A DNA stretch of 64,000 nucleotides from the human T2T-CHM13v2.0 reference genome, Homo sapiens, in assembly GCF_009914755.1 (NCBI RefSeq), contig NC_060925.1. One strand, 5' to 3'. Positions 14,584 to 27,944 of this stretch are shown here, one piece after another (the stretch's first letter is position 1; each line of letters begins with the position of its first letter). Position numbers and translations under genes: made by a program. The notes under the pieces were generated by a model. The model was not told the origin of the DNA, searched no databases, and worked only from the letters and a program-made list of their open reading frames with translations.

Positions 14584-17367
14584 GTGAGTACTCCAGCCTG
14601 AAGGTCACAAAGCTCTACTATTCTCCTAGGTGGCCTCTATATGTTCTGTTTCCTGTAACTTGTGCAGGTGAGATGGATCATCTCTGCAGCCAGGCCCTGT
14701 AAATTCAGAGTGTTTTGAATCTGGTTCTTGGATCCAGTTTTATGCTCATTCGATGGGTGGAACCCCTTTCTCTTGTGCCAGGTGATTCCTCTGTCACCCA
14801 ACCCCTTCTCACAAGAGCAGGCTGTAGGTATCAAAACAGGCCAGAGAGGGGAATGATGAGGGATCATTGCAAACTCTTGGCCACAACAGCTCACCTGGAG
14901 AATTTTATGTAACAGACTTCATTCCTTAAGATAGGGCATCTCTCTTTTCAGACATTATGTTGAGCAGCACCCTTCTCATCACATATCCTGAGCAGCGCCC
15001 TTCTCTCTTCTCTGGCCATCCACCTATGCTGGCATTTTCCCCCCATTATTTTGGAGGGCTGTTTCATGATTCCTGTGTTTCAAGCCAGATTCTCTACTAC
15101 CTCCTCTGAGGTGGCTTCCCTCCACTGAGGCAGTTAGTGTCCCTTCCTCCATGTATGGCCATGGCTTGCATCCTCTGTAGAGCCCCGGTGGTTTCTTTCA
15201 TGTGTGGGTTTGTAGTTTCAATCATGTGTCATCTCAGTGCTATATTCTCATGTGAACCATCAACAACTAGTTTCCCTGATCAGGTGCTGGCCTAACTGAT
15301 GAGGAAAGCACAGTGGTTCTCATCCCCATGATCTCCAGCAAACCCCTCCTGTGAGCAAGTGACCCTTGAGGTGGCTGTTTCATAGGGTGTGTAAGGGAAA
15401 AAAAATTTTATTTTGTTCTCACTCATTCTGTTTTTTTGTACCATTATTCTGAGAATTTCACGTGAATTGTTACGAGTTTTACCCGTTGACTCTTGTAGGA
15501 AGAGCAAGTAACTCTGTGATGTCCCCCATCTGAATATGTTGTAATGAGAGTAGTGACTGAAACTTTGGTCTTCCATTCTATTTTGGTCAGTAAGCACCTT
15601 CCTGCTGGAACCATCCTCTTTCCTGTGTTTCATTTCTCCTTCAGTTTCAAACAAGCAAAGGCTTTTGCAGGATCACAGCAATTCATAAAATGAAGTAAAA
15701 TACACATTACGCTTCCACCTGTTGTACACCTTGCCCTTGGCCAAGCAAGCTCTGTCCTTGCTATAACCTATGCAGTGCCCAAGGGGCACTCCCAAGTGGG
15801 CAGTGGCATCTCCGTGTTAGAGCTGAGGATGCTGAGGCTCAGCAAGGTCCCTTCACTTGCCCAGGATGCCCCGAGTAGTCACAGTGAGAACACGGGCACC
15901 ACTCCATGGTGCAGTTGCTGTCATTTCTCTGTGGTTGGATCTCTCAGAGACTGAGCTAGGATGAGTGCTCAAGGTTTTTCCCTTTGTAGCAAATTTGTTG
16001 GAAATTATTTCAAACTGAAACAGAAAATTTGCTGGTCTGGTACAAAGAACTCCTGTAGCCCCTCACGCACATAACCCAGTGATAAATAGCTTAGTGCACT
16101 TTGTCTTTGAGCAGAACCAGTGGCTCCTTCAGTCCCTCCAGGGGGACCTACAGCTCCAGAAGGTGCTTGCTGGAAAATGTCTCAGGGAATGAAAGATGCA
16201 GTCTGTTCCTACCTTGTATCACTTGGGTTTCTGCTCTCAACATGGCAGTCTTGGAGCCCTTATAAAGTTACTGGGCTCTGCCTCAGGAACACCCCCACCA
16301 GGTCCAGGCTCCCATGAGGAGGAAGGGAAATGCTCAGACACATGTCTCAGAAGTGAGATGTCTGTGATATGGGCCAGCTCTGCCAGGGCATCATGAAACA
16401 TGGGCCAGGAGAGGCCACGTTCATCCATGCAGACAGGCTGAGATGCATGAATACACTGTCTCAATTACACCAGAAGACATCCTGTGTGTGGTTTCTGATG
16501 ATAACCTATGAAGAGTCTGTACCATGCACAGCTGTGATCCTAGCCGTGGTGCCAGAATCGATGTGCTCCACCTATCCTCTCGCTTCAGGGAAAGTTACAG
16601 TAGAATCAAACTAAATCATAACTTGATCACTTATTGAGGACTTTTCCCCACCTGCTCAACTAATAATACGTACAGTATTTCAGAAGTTTGAGTTGTTTTT
16701 TGTTTCCTTCTGAAAATGCAAAGAATATTAAAAGTATAAGCTTAAGAAGACTTAGTATTCTGAGAAAGAGGTATAAAAGGACTTAACAAAATTAAGTATT
16801 TAGAGTTAAAAACATTCCCAAACATTGATTCTAAATGGCACTTGCAGAGGACAAGAATGGGAAGCCTGGGTTTGACCAGGCTTCCCCAACCAGATTTGTT
16901 GTTTTGAGTTGTTTCCCCATCTGCCCAACATAAACTACCATGAAGTTGCATTGAGTGTCCTAAGTGATGTTTAATGAACAGTAAACTGTGCCCTGAGCAA
17001 CTAAGGAGGCCACATGAGGTGGCGTGAAGGGCTCGGGGACAAAGACCCAGAAGCTGGAAGGCACCCCATGCAGGGCTGCACCAGAGAGGGGCCAACCTGA
17101 CTCCAGGGAAGACACTGTATGAGGGAGTGGTGGGAGGTGATGCTGGATAGGATCATGGGACAGAAGTTAGAAGGAGCACAAAGGCAGGGTGAGCGGGGAG
17201 AGTCACCCAGTGGGCAGTACTGAGAGAGTTTTCAGAAACAGAGTAAGAATGTGGAAAGAACAGGACTTCTGGGCAATAAAATTGCTGAGACAATTCCTAG
17301 TGTGAAGATGGCAGAATTAGAGAAAGCAGTTGTGGGGGTGTATGAAGCCAGGCATCAATGATGAGTC

Positions 17368-18332
17368 TGTGGGGAAAAGAAAGAGAGCTCAGACTGTTAC
17401 TGTGTCTACGTAGAAAGAATTAGATGTAAGAGTCTCCATTTTGTTCTGTACTAAGAAAAATTCTTCTGCCTTGAGATGCTGTTAATCTGTAACACTAGCC
17501 CCAACCCTGTGCTCACAGAGACATGTGCTGTGTTGACTCCAGGTTTAATGGATTTAGGGCTATGCAGGATGTGCTTTGTTAAAAAAGTGCTTGAAGGCAG
17601 CATGCTTGTTAAAACTATCACCACTCCCTAATCTCAAGTATCCAGGGACACAATACACTGCGGAAGGCCGCAGGGACCTCTGCCTAGGAAAACCAGGTAT
17701 TGTCCAAGGTTTCTCCCCAAGTGATAGCCTGAGATATGGCCTCATGGGAAGGGAAAGACCTGACCGTCCCCCAGCCCGACACCCATAAAGGGTCTGTGCT
17801 GAGGAGGATTAGTAAAAGAGGAAGGAAGGCCTCTTTGCAGTTGAGATAAGAGGAAGGCATCTGTCTCCTGCTCGTCCCTGGGCAATGGAATGTCTCGGTG
17901 TAAAACCCGATTGTATGATCTATTTACAGAGATAGGAGAAAACCGCCTTAGGGCTGGAGGTGAGACATGCTAGTGGCAATACTGCTCATTAATGCACCGA
18001 GATGTTTGTATACGTGCACATCAAGGCACAACACATTTTCTTAACTTTGTTTATGACACAGAGACCTTTGTTTACATATTTTCCTTCTGACCCTCTCCCC
18101 ACTATTACCCTATTGTCTTGCCACATCCCCCTCTCCGAGATAGTAGAGATAATGATCAATAAATACTGAGGGAACTCAGAGAACAGTGCTGGCGTGGGTC
18201 CTCTGTATGCTGAGCGCTGGTTCCCTGGGCCCACTTTTCTATACTTTGTCTCTGTGTCTTTTTCTTTTCTCAGTCTCTTGTCCCACCTGATGAGAAACGC
18301 CCACAGGTGTGGAGGGGCAGGCCACCCCTTCA
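17368..18332 (+). mobile_element. HERV-K (HML-2) solo LTR, LTR5B-like, 965 bp
   Basis: Starts TGTGGGGAAAAGAAAGAGAG, ends GGGGCAGGCCACCCCTTCA; AATAAA at 18158; AGTC on both flanks. Confidence 0.9.
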
Positions 18333-18880
18333 AGTCTGATACACTGTGCTCTCAGGAAGATGAAGAACAGATACACGGAAGGCATTTTAAGGAAAACTTA
18401 GAGAAACCTTGGTGAGAATGAGGATGTGCAGAGGGGAGGAGAGAGAGAGGAGCCCTGCAGCAATGTGGATCAGGCCCTGCGGGCCCGTCCCTCTTCTGAG
18501 ACTGATCTGGACTGGCGTGAGGCCACTGGAAGTCTTTCCTTAGTCCACTTTCTGAGAGTGTGATTTCCTCTTCCTGTGGAAATAGCAATAATTTTTATGA
18601 GGGGGTGCTGCCCGGACCCCACTGGAGGAGTGGGTAAGATGAGGATTGTGCTTGGTGTTGCCTCCCTACAGAACCACACATGCTGATCGGTAATACCTGT
18701 GGCCCCTAAGTGTCGGTGAAGGGACTGGTCCCTCTACAACATTGCTTATGACTGCGGACACCCACTATATGGCAACAAGATGTATATGTGTGGGCAGGTG
18801 GTAAAACAATTATAGGCAACGGAAATTCAAAATGTTTCAGAACTCTAAAAAGTTCACCTTATGGAGTATTTGGTCTATTG

Positions 18881-19240
18881 CAGGGGGCCCCAAGCCCCCG
18901 GGGCTGTGGTCAGCTACCTGTCCCTGGTCTGTTAGGCACCAGGCTGTGCAGCAGGATATGAGTGGCCAGCAAGCAAGCATATTCCAGCCTGAGCTCTGCC
19001 TCCTGTCAGATCAGCGGTGGCATTAGATTCTCATAGAAGCACAAACCCTATTGTGAACTGTGCATGAACGGGATCTAGGTTGCGCGCTCCTTACGAGAAT
19101 CTAATTAATGCCTGATGATCTGAGGTGGACAGTTTCATTCCGAAATGATCCTTCCCTCTTTTCACATCCCCCACCCCTGGTCCAAGGAAAAATTGTCTTC
19201 CACAAAACCAATCCCTGGGGCAAAAAGTTTGGAGACTGCT
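18881..19240 (+). mobile_element. MER1B hAT-Charlie MITE
   Basis: gagctctgcctcctgtcagatcagcggtggcattagattctcatag..gatctaggttgcgcgctccttacgagaatctaat. Confidence 0.8.
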
Positions 19241-19686
19241 AGTCTACAGTGTCCCAAAACCCTTTTCTATGGTTCCTTCCCAAAGCCTGGAGGCTCTAAG
19301 TCCTCCCCTGTTCTTATACTCCTGTGTGTTGAGAAAAATAGCATTTCCTATGCTCTGAAGATTCTCCAGAACATTCTTTCTAGGCTGCAGGATGGAGATT
19401 AATAATAACAGAATATTTGGCATGGCCTTGTTAGCCAATCCAAAGCCCTCTGGGCTGAAGTGGGGGGTTTTCACTTCAGGGACATCCAGCCTGGGTACCT
19501 TCCATCTCAGCATCCCCAGGCACAGACAGGAAGGTGACATCACCCCATTTACATGATGTCTGTCTTTGTGGCCTGGGCCACTGGGTGGCTTACCTCAGAG
19601 GCGGAGATGTCAGAGATGGGTGTTCTGGGCATGATTAAGAAAGGGAAAAGTGAGAGCGTTCCTACTGAAGCCCCTTCTCCTTTCAG

Positions 19687-19923
19687 CTCCCACCCAGGTG
19701 GCCTGTCCTCACGGGCCTTGGAGTGGAGACTTGAGCCACCACCTGTCAGAGGTGGAGGCTTCACAGGCACAGCTGGAGCCAAGAACCCTGGTGCCCAGTT
19801 GTCTGTGACTGCAACTGGATCAAGGGTTTGACTGTGGCTATGGCTTAGCCAGGTGGGGCGTTTCCTCCACCACCTGCAGCTTCACAGCCAACGCTGATCC
19901 TGGGGAGCAATGGCCCTTCCAAG
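19687..19923 (+). pseudogene. NBPF4/6-type C-terminal exon A
   Basis: tttcag|SPTQVACPHGPWSGDLSHHLSEVEASQAQLEPRTLVPSCL*LQLDQGFDCGYGLARWGVSSTTCSFTANADPGEQWPFQ|gtaggg; resembles the remembered NBPF4 C-terminus. Confidence 0.8.
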
Positions 19924-20336
19924 GTAGGGAAGTAAAGGGCACTAGGAAGCTCTAATCCAGGTGTTGGTAGTCATGGTGCTGTGAGGGGAGGAGGCAATGG
20001 GGTCTCTTCGTGCTCCCTCTGAGTCAAGCAGAAATCCACAATGTTCCAACCCAGTGAGGTGAGCAAGAGCCTGGGGTTTAGTATCAAATCTGCTCTCAGG
20101 TCCTGGGTTTAACCCTTACTCATTATTGACCTTGGCGAAGTCATTTGTGGTGTTGGTATTTACATCTCAGTTCCGTCATCTGTGAGACCTGAAAAATAAT
20201 ATTGACATTCAATTATTGTTGATAACATTAATTATGAGAATTTCCAAAGGGCTAATTCAATAAAAATTGCTCAATAAATCTATGAATAGATGTTATCTAA
20301 TTCTGTTATCTTTCTGGTAAATTAGCACTTAGGAAG

Positions 20337-21208
20337 TATTGTGGGATCTGGCCAGCAGCCCACAATGCAACAGGGTTCTTTCTTTGTTCCCAGGCAGATC
20401 GGCAGGTTGAGAAATAATAGACACACACAAGGTAGTGAAAGCTGGATCCAGGGGTGTCACCACCTTCTGGTCCCATGATGCTGCCAATGCACGGGATATA
20501 CCAGCATTTATTATTAACTTTAGTGAGGGCGGGAGTAGGTTAGTGAGGGATTTAGGATCATCTGATTATGAGTGAGATGGTCACATGTGGATGAAGTAAT
20601 TTTTTAACATAACATCTGTATGCAGAAGTACAGTATACAGAGATAAGAATTTACAGTATAGTGTGTGCATCAGTAATTTCTAACAGAGCCTTAAAACAGA
20701 AGCACAGTCTTTCCATAACCTATGATTAGCAAGATATTAAGCAGCAGTAACAGTTGCAGCAAAAGCTGGTTACAAACAATCCATAGAAACAGGACGTGAA
20801 GCTAGATAACCAGTTAGACCAGAAATCCTCAGAAGGGAGTATGCCTTAACCCTAAAGAGGCCTAGAAGAGCCGTGGCAAGATGAGAGTGTTTATAGCCCT
20901 ATCTTATCCATATGAACAGGCACCCCCCATGTGTCCATTTATAGGCTCTCCACAAGGGTTGCATTCCATTCCCAGAGCTATGAACATCTGCTTTTCTGGG
21001 ATAGGAATCTTGGTGATGTGAAACCTCCCTGACTGCACGTCCGTTCATAGGGTCTCTGCAGGGGGAAGCACATCATGCGCTGTTGGCTCATTCTGGTGCC
21101 CAACCTGGCATTGTCTTTACACAATCCTGCATGCAATGTTGTGTTTACAATAATCAGGAGCATTTCATCTTTTATTCCATAGCAATAGTTTCAGGGGGTC
21201 TCCCTACA
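20337..21208 (-). mobile_element. Solo ERV LTR (LTR25-like)
   Basis: Minus strand begins TGTAGGGAGACCCCCTGAAACTATTGCT; 5-bp TSD GGAAG at 20332-20336 and 21209-21213; subfamily name from memory. Confidence 0.7.
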
Positions 21209-22775
21209 GGAAGTGACTTCACATGCACTGTTTCATCTTAGGGAGAGTAACTGTTAGGGTCTCTACTCTCTAGGGACCCCTCTTCCTGTGTTTTCTTCGA
21301 AAGTCTCTTTTGCCAGTTTTCTTCCTCTTTGTCAGCATCCCTTTTTAAGTCAATTTTCCCCTATCAAGCACTTTCAGTAACAACCTATTAGGCACATTCA
21401 GTAAAAGTGCAAATCCTGGGCCCACAAGTCAGTCTCCTGACATACCCAGCTTCTTGCTCTGTTTTTTTTCCCCCTTGTTTTGAAATAAAAGAATGAAAGG
21501 GCAACCTTCTCATGGAAAGTGTACAAATCTGTCTGTTTTATGAAACTCCATTTAGTTCATCATCTCCACTCACGTCCATGGCCATGTCCTCAGTTTCCTT
21601 CTCCCAGGGTTCCACTTCTGCTCAGATTTCCTTAAAACCCTGGGTCGTGTTCATCCTTACTCTCCGTCCCACTCAATATCTCCTCCTGGAGCCCCTGGGG
21701 CTGCCTGTTGCTCATCTGTCAAGTGATGTCCCCAGCTGAGGAATAAGGAGACCTGCGTCCTCAGGAGGAGGGAGGGACATGTGAGATAAAGAGCACCATC
21801 TGGGTCGTGGAGAGGACACATGGAAGATGCTCAGTGAGTGTCGGGGGATGTGTAGTCCCTGACATGTGCCCTGATAACTTTAAGTATTTAAACTGATTTC
21901 TTCCACTGATGTCTCTTTTGCTTCTCCATGGATTCCCACACCCCCAGTCAGGACTCACCCACCTGGCTCCAACACTCTCACCTGCTGGGTTTCCCAGGAG
22001 TCCAGAGCACTAACCAGGCTCCAGGCAAGAGGACAGAGTGAATGCCTTTTGTTTCATTCTCCTTTACTGGTGACTTCTCCCTGCTGTCTAATAGGGCATT
22101 TGTTTCTCACCATGTCTTCCCTTTGTCATTCATCTTATTTTTCTGAATTTTTTTCCAATTTCAATGGACCAGATTATAATGTTAGTGATTATAATGCTAA
22201 TTCAACATCCTCCACATCCCTATGTAATACTTTCTTCCAATAGATTTTTATATATAAATACATGCATTTATGTCATTTGTCATGTACATTATGCATATTT
22301 GGCATGTATTTTTAATTAAATGTGTATATATGCTATATATATATCTGTATGATCATTTCATCAATATCCCATGTTTAGTCTTCCCAATTCTTTTCTCTCA
22401 TATGTGCATTTAATGTTGATTTTGCTTGATTTTTAGAATCTTCTCCCTCCCAAAACACAGCCTGTATCCAGTGTGACTTCCTTGCCTTTGCCTTATCTAC
22501 CTAGAAGCTATTTGTGTTTATTAATCCTAAGTTTCTTGAATATGTTTGTCAATTGAGATCACCTTTGCCTCCTGGCAATCTTGTCATTATTGGGTGATGC
22601 ATGAAAAATCAACAATGCAGAAAATACCAAAATGTCTTTCTTGGCTTCCCTTTACCCCTTGGACTTTCTTGTCCAAGGCCACTTTCCTTCTCTGATGATC
22701 CTCTTGGGAGGAAGAGAAAGTCACAGTAGGATCATGGATGACAGTGAACACTGTTGGGTGTGGTTTCATTTTCAG

Positions 22776-22989
22776 AGCTGGGTTTAGAGCCTTCCCTTGA
22801 ATGAAGAACCCTCCCCAGCTGGAAGGGGATGCTCTTGAAAGCTCAGCTGACAACACACATGGGCATCAAGTCATTGGCCACATTCATGCCTCAAGTGTCC
22901 TAAAACCGAATATGATCAAAAGAAAACTGCTGTTCAGCAAGTGGAGACTGGCATGCAGATTCCCTGGCCTGCAAGCCTAGTGTAAAAAG
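22776..22989 (+). pseudogene. NBPF4/6-type C-terminal exon B (1-nt frameshift)
   Basis: ttcag|ELGLEPSL/MKNPPQLEGDALESSADNTHGHQVIGHIHASSVLKPNMIKRKLLFSKWRLACRFPGLQA*..|gtaatc. Confidence 0.8.
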
Positions 22990-23439
22990 GTAATCACATC
23001 TATGGCTCTTAGCTGCACTCACTCCTGTGTCTATGATGACAGCTCATTCTCCCATTGCTTTTCTCTTCCCTATTCATTCTCTCCAGCAGCTGCCATCATG
23101 TCTGTCTGGTTTTACCTCTGTGTCCCATGAGCTGCCACCCTCCCAGGACCTTCCATTCCCATCTGCTCTTTGCTCTCTGAACTCTGCTCTGTTCCCATTG
23201 CTACCATCTTGGGCGTCCCTCTCACTTCAAAGTTTTGTTTGTCTAGATATTGAGAATATTTCTAAATGTCTTAAGATGTAACCAGGTGTGGAATCAACTT
23301 CAGGGAATTAGAGAAAATAAGTTGGGCCATGGTTACAATCCCTGCTCTCTCTTTGCTAACTGCAAGTAGACTCTCTTGTTTTTCTTTCTTTCCTGAGCCC
23401 CTTGGAAAGAATACTTATGATTTTATATATATATATATA

Positions 23440-23752
23440 TTTTGTTTTTTGTTTTTGTTTTTGTTTTTTTTTGAGACGGAGTCTTGCTCTGTCACCCAGG
23501 CTGGAGTGCAGTGGCGCCATCTTGGCTCACTGCAAGCTCCGCCTCCCAGGTTCATGCCATTATCCTGCCTCAGCCTCCTGAGTAGCTGGGACTACAAGTG
23601 CCTGCCACCATGCCTGGCTAATTTTTGCATTTTTTGTAGAGACGGGGTTTCTCTGTGTTAGCCAGGATAGTCTTGATCTCCTGACCTTGTGATCCACCTG
23701 TCTCAGCCTCCCAAAATGCTGGGATTACAGACATGAGCCACCTTGCCCAGCC
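23440..23752 (-). mobile_element. AluY/AluSc8-like with (TA)n beside the tail
   Basis: gcaagctccgcctccc..ttcatgccatt..gtgttagccaggat diagnostic positions. Confidence 0.9.
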
Positions 23753-24547
23753 TTCTATATTTCTCTTTTTTTCATTTTTTATTTGTAACCAACCAAACAA
23801 GCAGCAGTGAAATCATATTTCATTGTAAAACTTTATTCCTGTCCTAGCCAAGGTGACCCAACAGCCTCTCATGACTGTTGAGAGTCCAGATTGGAGCCTT
23901 TTCTCTCCCTTCTTCCAAACACTATTGAAAGGGTCTGAGGCTGGGCTGTAGTTCCCAGGTGGTCAATAGCAACTCATGTGGCCTTAGTTCAATCTTAGCC
24001 CTGTGGCATCACTGCTCCTCTGTTGTGAAAGGCAGAACTGGATGTGGATGTGGTCTGAGGCCTCTGCTGCTTCTCACATCCAGGGTTCTTCCCATGGCCC
24101 TCCCACTGCTCCCTTAAAAGACTGGGACATGGAGTTGTAAGGGGGTGGGTTTCTCTGCAAAGGGTCCTCTCCTTCTGCAGCCCTCTGTTTCTGGGCATGC
24201 ATGGTTGATGCTAAGCACATCCTCACTGGGAGATGTGAAAAGCAATCACTTTGCTCCAAACAGAGCTAATCAGGAAGAAAGGTACTGATGTTACCAGTTG
24301 CTAGTAGGGCATAGATGAGGTCCCTACATTCTGCACCCCAGGCTGACTGGAAGTTCTGGGGTATTTTCTTCTCACTTGTGGATGGCACCTGCCACTTCAG
24401 CCAGCCTGAGGCTTACCCTGCAGCTGGTCCTCCCAGCAGGAGCTCAGTTTGCCCCTGGGTTATCATCACTTAGCAGTCCCTCCAGACTCAGCCAGACAGG
24501 ACCAGACAAAGATTCTCATTTGATTTTTGTCTCTCTCTCCCCTAAAG

Positions 24548-25572
24548 ATACCAAATACTGCTGGAAGAATGAAAAGGATGAAAGGATGTCATCAAAGTAG
24601 TTTTTTCACTTGATGGAAAAGACTAAAACAGCAAAGCAAGTTCAAGATCAAACACAACACCACAGGGATCCTTTGATGAGAAGTGAACTTAAGACCATGA
24701 AATGCTGTTGATGATTTTAACCCACCAGCCTCCTTTGATTTGAGAAGCCACAGCCCTTCCCCCTCCAATTGTGATCAACTGTGATCAGTACCTAAGGAGA
24801 CTGATGCCCAGATGAACAAACAGCATTGAGAGGCCTTAGCCCTGCTCCTCTCAATTCCTATCCCGTAGAGAACAGGAGTCAGGAGCCGCTGGCAGGAGAC
24901 AGCATGTCACCCGGGACTTTGCCAGTGCAGAATAAGAACAATGCCACGTTCTTGCTGAAAGCACTTAGCCTGAGTTTCATAGGAGGTAATCACCAGACAA
25001 CTGCAGAATGTAGAACACTGAGCAGGACAACTGACCTATCTCCTTCACACAGTCCACGTCACCATGAATCACACAACAAAAAAGAGAAGAGACATTTTGG
25101 GTTGAAAAAGATTGAAAAGATAATGTAGCTACACTTCTTTGGTCATTTTGAACCCAAAGCATCTCATCTTTTTATTGTTGTCACTGATGGTGGTGACATG
25201 GATTTGTTTGTAGAGGACAGGTCAGCTGTCTAGATCATGGTCTACATTCTGAATTTGTCTGAAAATGTCCTTATGATTAAATTCAGCCTAAACATTTTGC
25301 TGGGAACACTGCAGAGTCAATGCGGTGAGTTTCCTACCTCAGCCCATCTGCAGGCAGAGAAGGTCCAGTTTGTCCATCACCAGTATCATGATACCAGGAC
25401 TGGTCAGTTGGTTAAGGAGGGGCCTAGGAGATCTTTCACTTGTAAAGACTCCTTATTTATAATTCATTTGGAAAGTGGTTTGAAAAAGTATAAATATCTT
25501 GTATTCTAACGATCTTCCTCTGAACATTTTATCATCAATTAATCACCCCTGCCTGTGTCAGTTATTATATTT
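24548..25572 (+). pseudogene. NBPF terminal exon and 3'UTR, truncated by LTR13
   Basis: cctaaag|IPNTAGRMKRMKG; then NBPF 3'UTR-like sequence (gaacaggagtcaggagccgctggcaggagacagcatgtcacc...). Confidence 0.75.
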
Positions 25573-26174
25573 CGTGGGCGGCAAGCCATCCAGGTGCCGA
25601 GGCAAGAGACTGAGGGCATGAGCTGTTCCAGTATAATAAAATATATAAAACAACAAGAGTTATACTAGATCTAGATCATAGACATGATTATATATGAATA
25701 TCATTAATCATTAGTTTGTAGCAATTACTCTTTATTCCAATATTATAATAATCCTCACTCTATAATCATAACCTAGGAAAAACTAGGCCATACAGAGATA
25801 GGAGCTGAGGGGACACAGTGAGAAGTGACCAGAAGACAAGAGGGCCAGCCTTCTGTTATGCCCGGACAGGGCCACCAGAGGGCTCCTTGGTCTAGTGGTA
25901 ATGCCAGCATCTGGGAAGACGCCCATTGCCATGTGGACCGTGGTCTAGTGGTAGCCTCAGTGTCAAGGAAAAACACCCACTACTTAGTGGACTGGGTAAG
26001 GGAGTCTCCCTTTCCCCTAGGGAGTTTAGCAAAGATTCTACTCCTCCACCTCTTGTGGAGGGCCTGACATCAGTCAGGCTCGCCCGCAGTTATCTGGAGG
26101 CCTAACCGTCTCCCTGTGATGCTGTGCTTCAGTGGTCATGCTCCTAGTCTGCCTTCATGTTCCATCCTGTACAC
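25573..26174 (+). mobile_element. LTR13 (ERVK) 5' ~600 bp, 3'-truncated
   Basis: (T>C)GTGGGCGGCAAGCCATCCAGGTGCCGAGGCAAGAGAC start; stops abruptly at an antisense L1 fragment. Confidence 0.75.
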
Positions 26175-27902
26175 ATAGTGCTGCAGTGGACATATGCCAG
26201 CATGTATCTTTATAACAGAATGACTTATATTCCTTTGGGTATATGCCCAGTAGTGGAATTACTGGTCAAATGGTATTTCTGCCTGTAGGTCTTTGAGGAG
26301 TAGCCACAGTGTCTTTCCCAATGGTTAGACTGACTTACACTCCCACCAACAGTGTAAAAGCATTCCTTTTTCTATGCAACCTTGCCAACATCGGTTGTGG
26401 ATTTTTTTCTATTTTTGCCTATGGATGTCCATTTTTTCAGCAGAATTTGTTAACAGGACAATGCTTTCTCCCCTGAATTGTTTTGAACCATTGTCCGCCC
26501 ATTGGCAGGCATGAGACTGGAGAGAGGACTGTCCTATCATTGGAGGGACAGGGCTTGAAATAGGGCAGGTCTTATGGAAAAGAAAAGGAACACTTATTTT
26601 TTCAATGAGGCAGAGGAAAGCCCCAAGCACAAGTGGGGTACTCCCTACCCCATGTGTGGCACACTCGCCTCTGCTCTCCTGCCTCTCCTGCTGCACAAGT
26701 TTGGGTGTGCATGGACACTGAGGCCGTGTTGTGCCACTGGGCACATTTGGGCATTGACATCAAATGTGTGGCATCAAATCCCAGAATCTCAAGCAGGCAA
26801 GTGACAGGAAAACATGAGACACAACGAAGAATGAAATAATTCAGTTGAAAATGACACACGTTAGAAATAGCAGACAAGGACATTACAGCAGTTATTATAA
26901 TTTTAATTAAGTGAAGAATTGGGAGATATTTTTTAATATCAAATTCCATAAGTGAAAACTGCGATTTACAGTCTGAAGTTTAAAAAAAATACACTTGATT
27001 AAACATTGCAGAAGAAAAGATTAATGAACTAGAAGGAGTAGTAGAAGAAACTAACACAAATGAAACATGCAGGGAAAAATGAATTGAAAACATAAAAAGC
27101 CCATCAATGGGAGGCTTAAACACCCTACTGTAGGGGTAAATGGAATCCCTGAGGGGAATGGAGTGGGTAACAGGGATAGAAAAATATTTAAAACACACTG
27201 GATGGAAGCTTTCTAAGCTTCATGAACACCATAAACTGCAAATATCCCAGAAACATAATGTATCCTAAGGACAAGAAACATGAAGAAAACTACACTAAGG
27301 AACACCATACTCAAATTGATCAAAACCAGTAATGAAGAGAAAATCCTAAGAGGGCTAAAAGGGGAACAAATATGTTATATACTGAGGACTAAATGTAAGG
27401 ATGGCATCTGATTTCTCATCAGAAATATTACAAACAAGAAGTTTGCAATACTTTTAAGTACTGAAAAAAAAGTCAACCTAGAATTCTATACCCACTGAAA
27501 ATCTTTTTCAAAAATGAAGATGAGGCTGGGTACAGTGGCTCACAGCTGTAATCACAGCACTTTGGGAGGCCGAGGCAGGCGGATCACGAGGTCAGGAGTT
27601 CGAGACCAGCCTGGCCAATATGGTGAAACACTGTCTCTACTAAAAATATAAAAATTAATTGGGTGTGGTGGTGGGCACCTGTAGTCTCAGCAACTCTGGA
27701 GGCTGAGGCAGAAGAATTGCTTGAAACTGGGAGTTGGAGGTTGCAGTGAGCTGAGATCAGGCCACTGCCCTCCAGCCTGGACAACAGAGTGAGACTGCAT
27801 CTCAAAAAAAAAAAAAAGAAGATGAGCAAAAATGGTTTGGAAAGAAAACAAATTATCTCAATTTGTAGATGACATGATCCTATATAGAGAAAATACCAAA
27901 TA

Positions 27903-27944
<42 letters not shown>

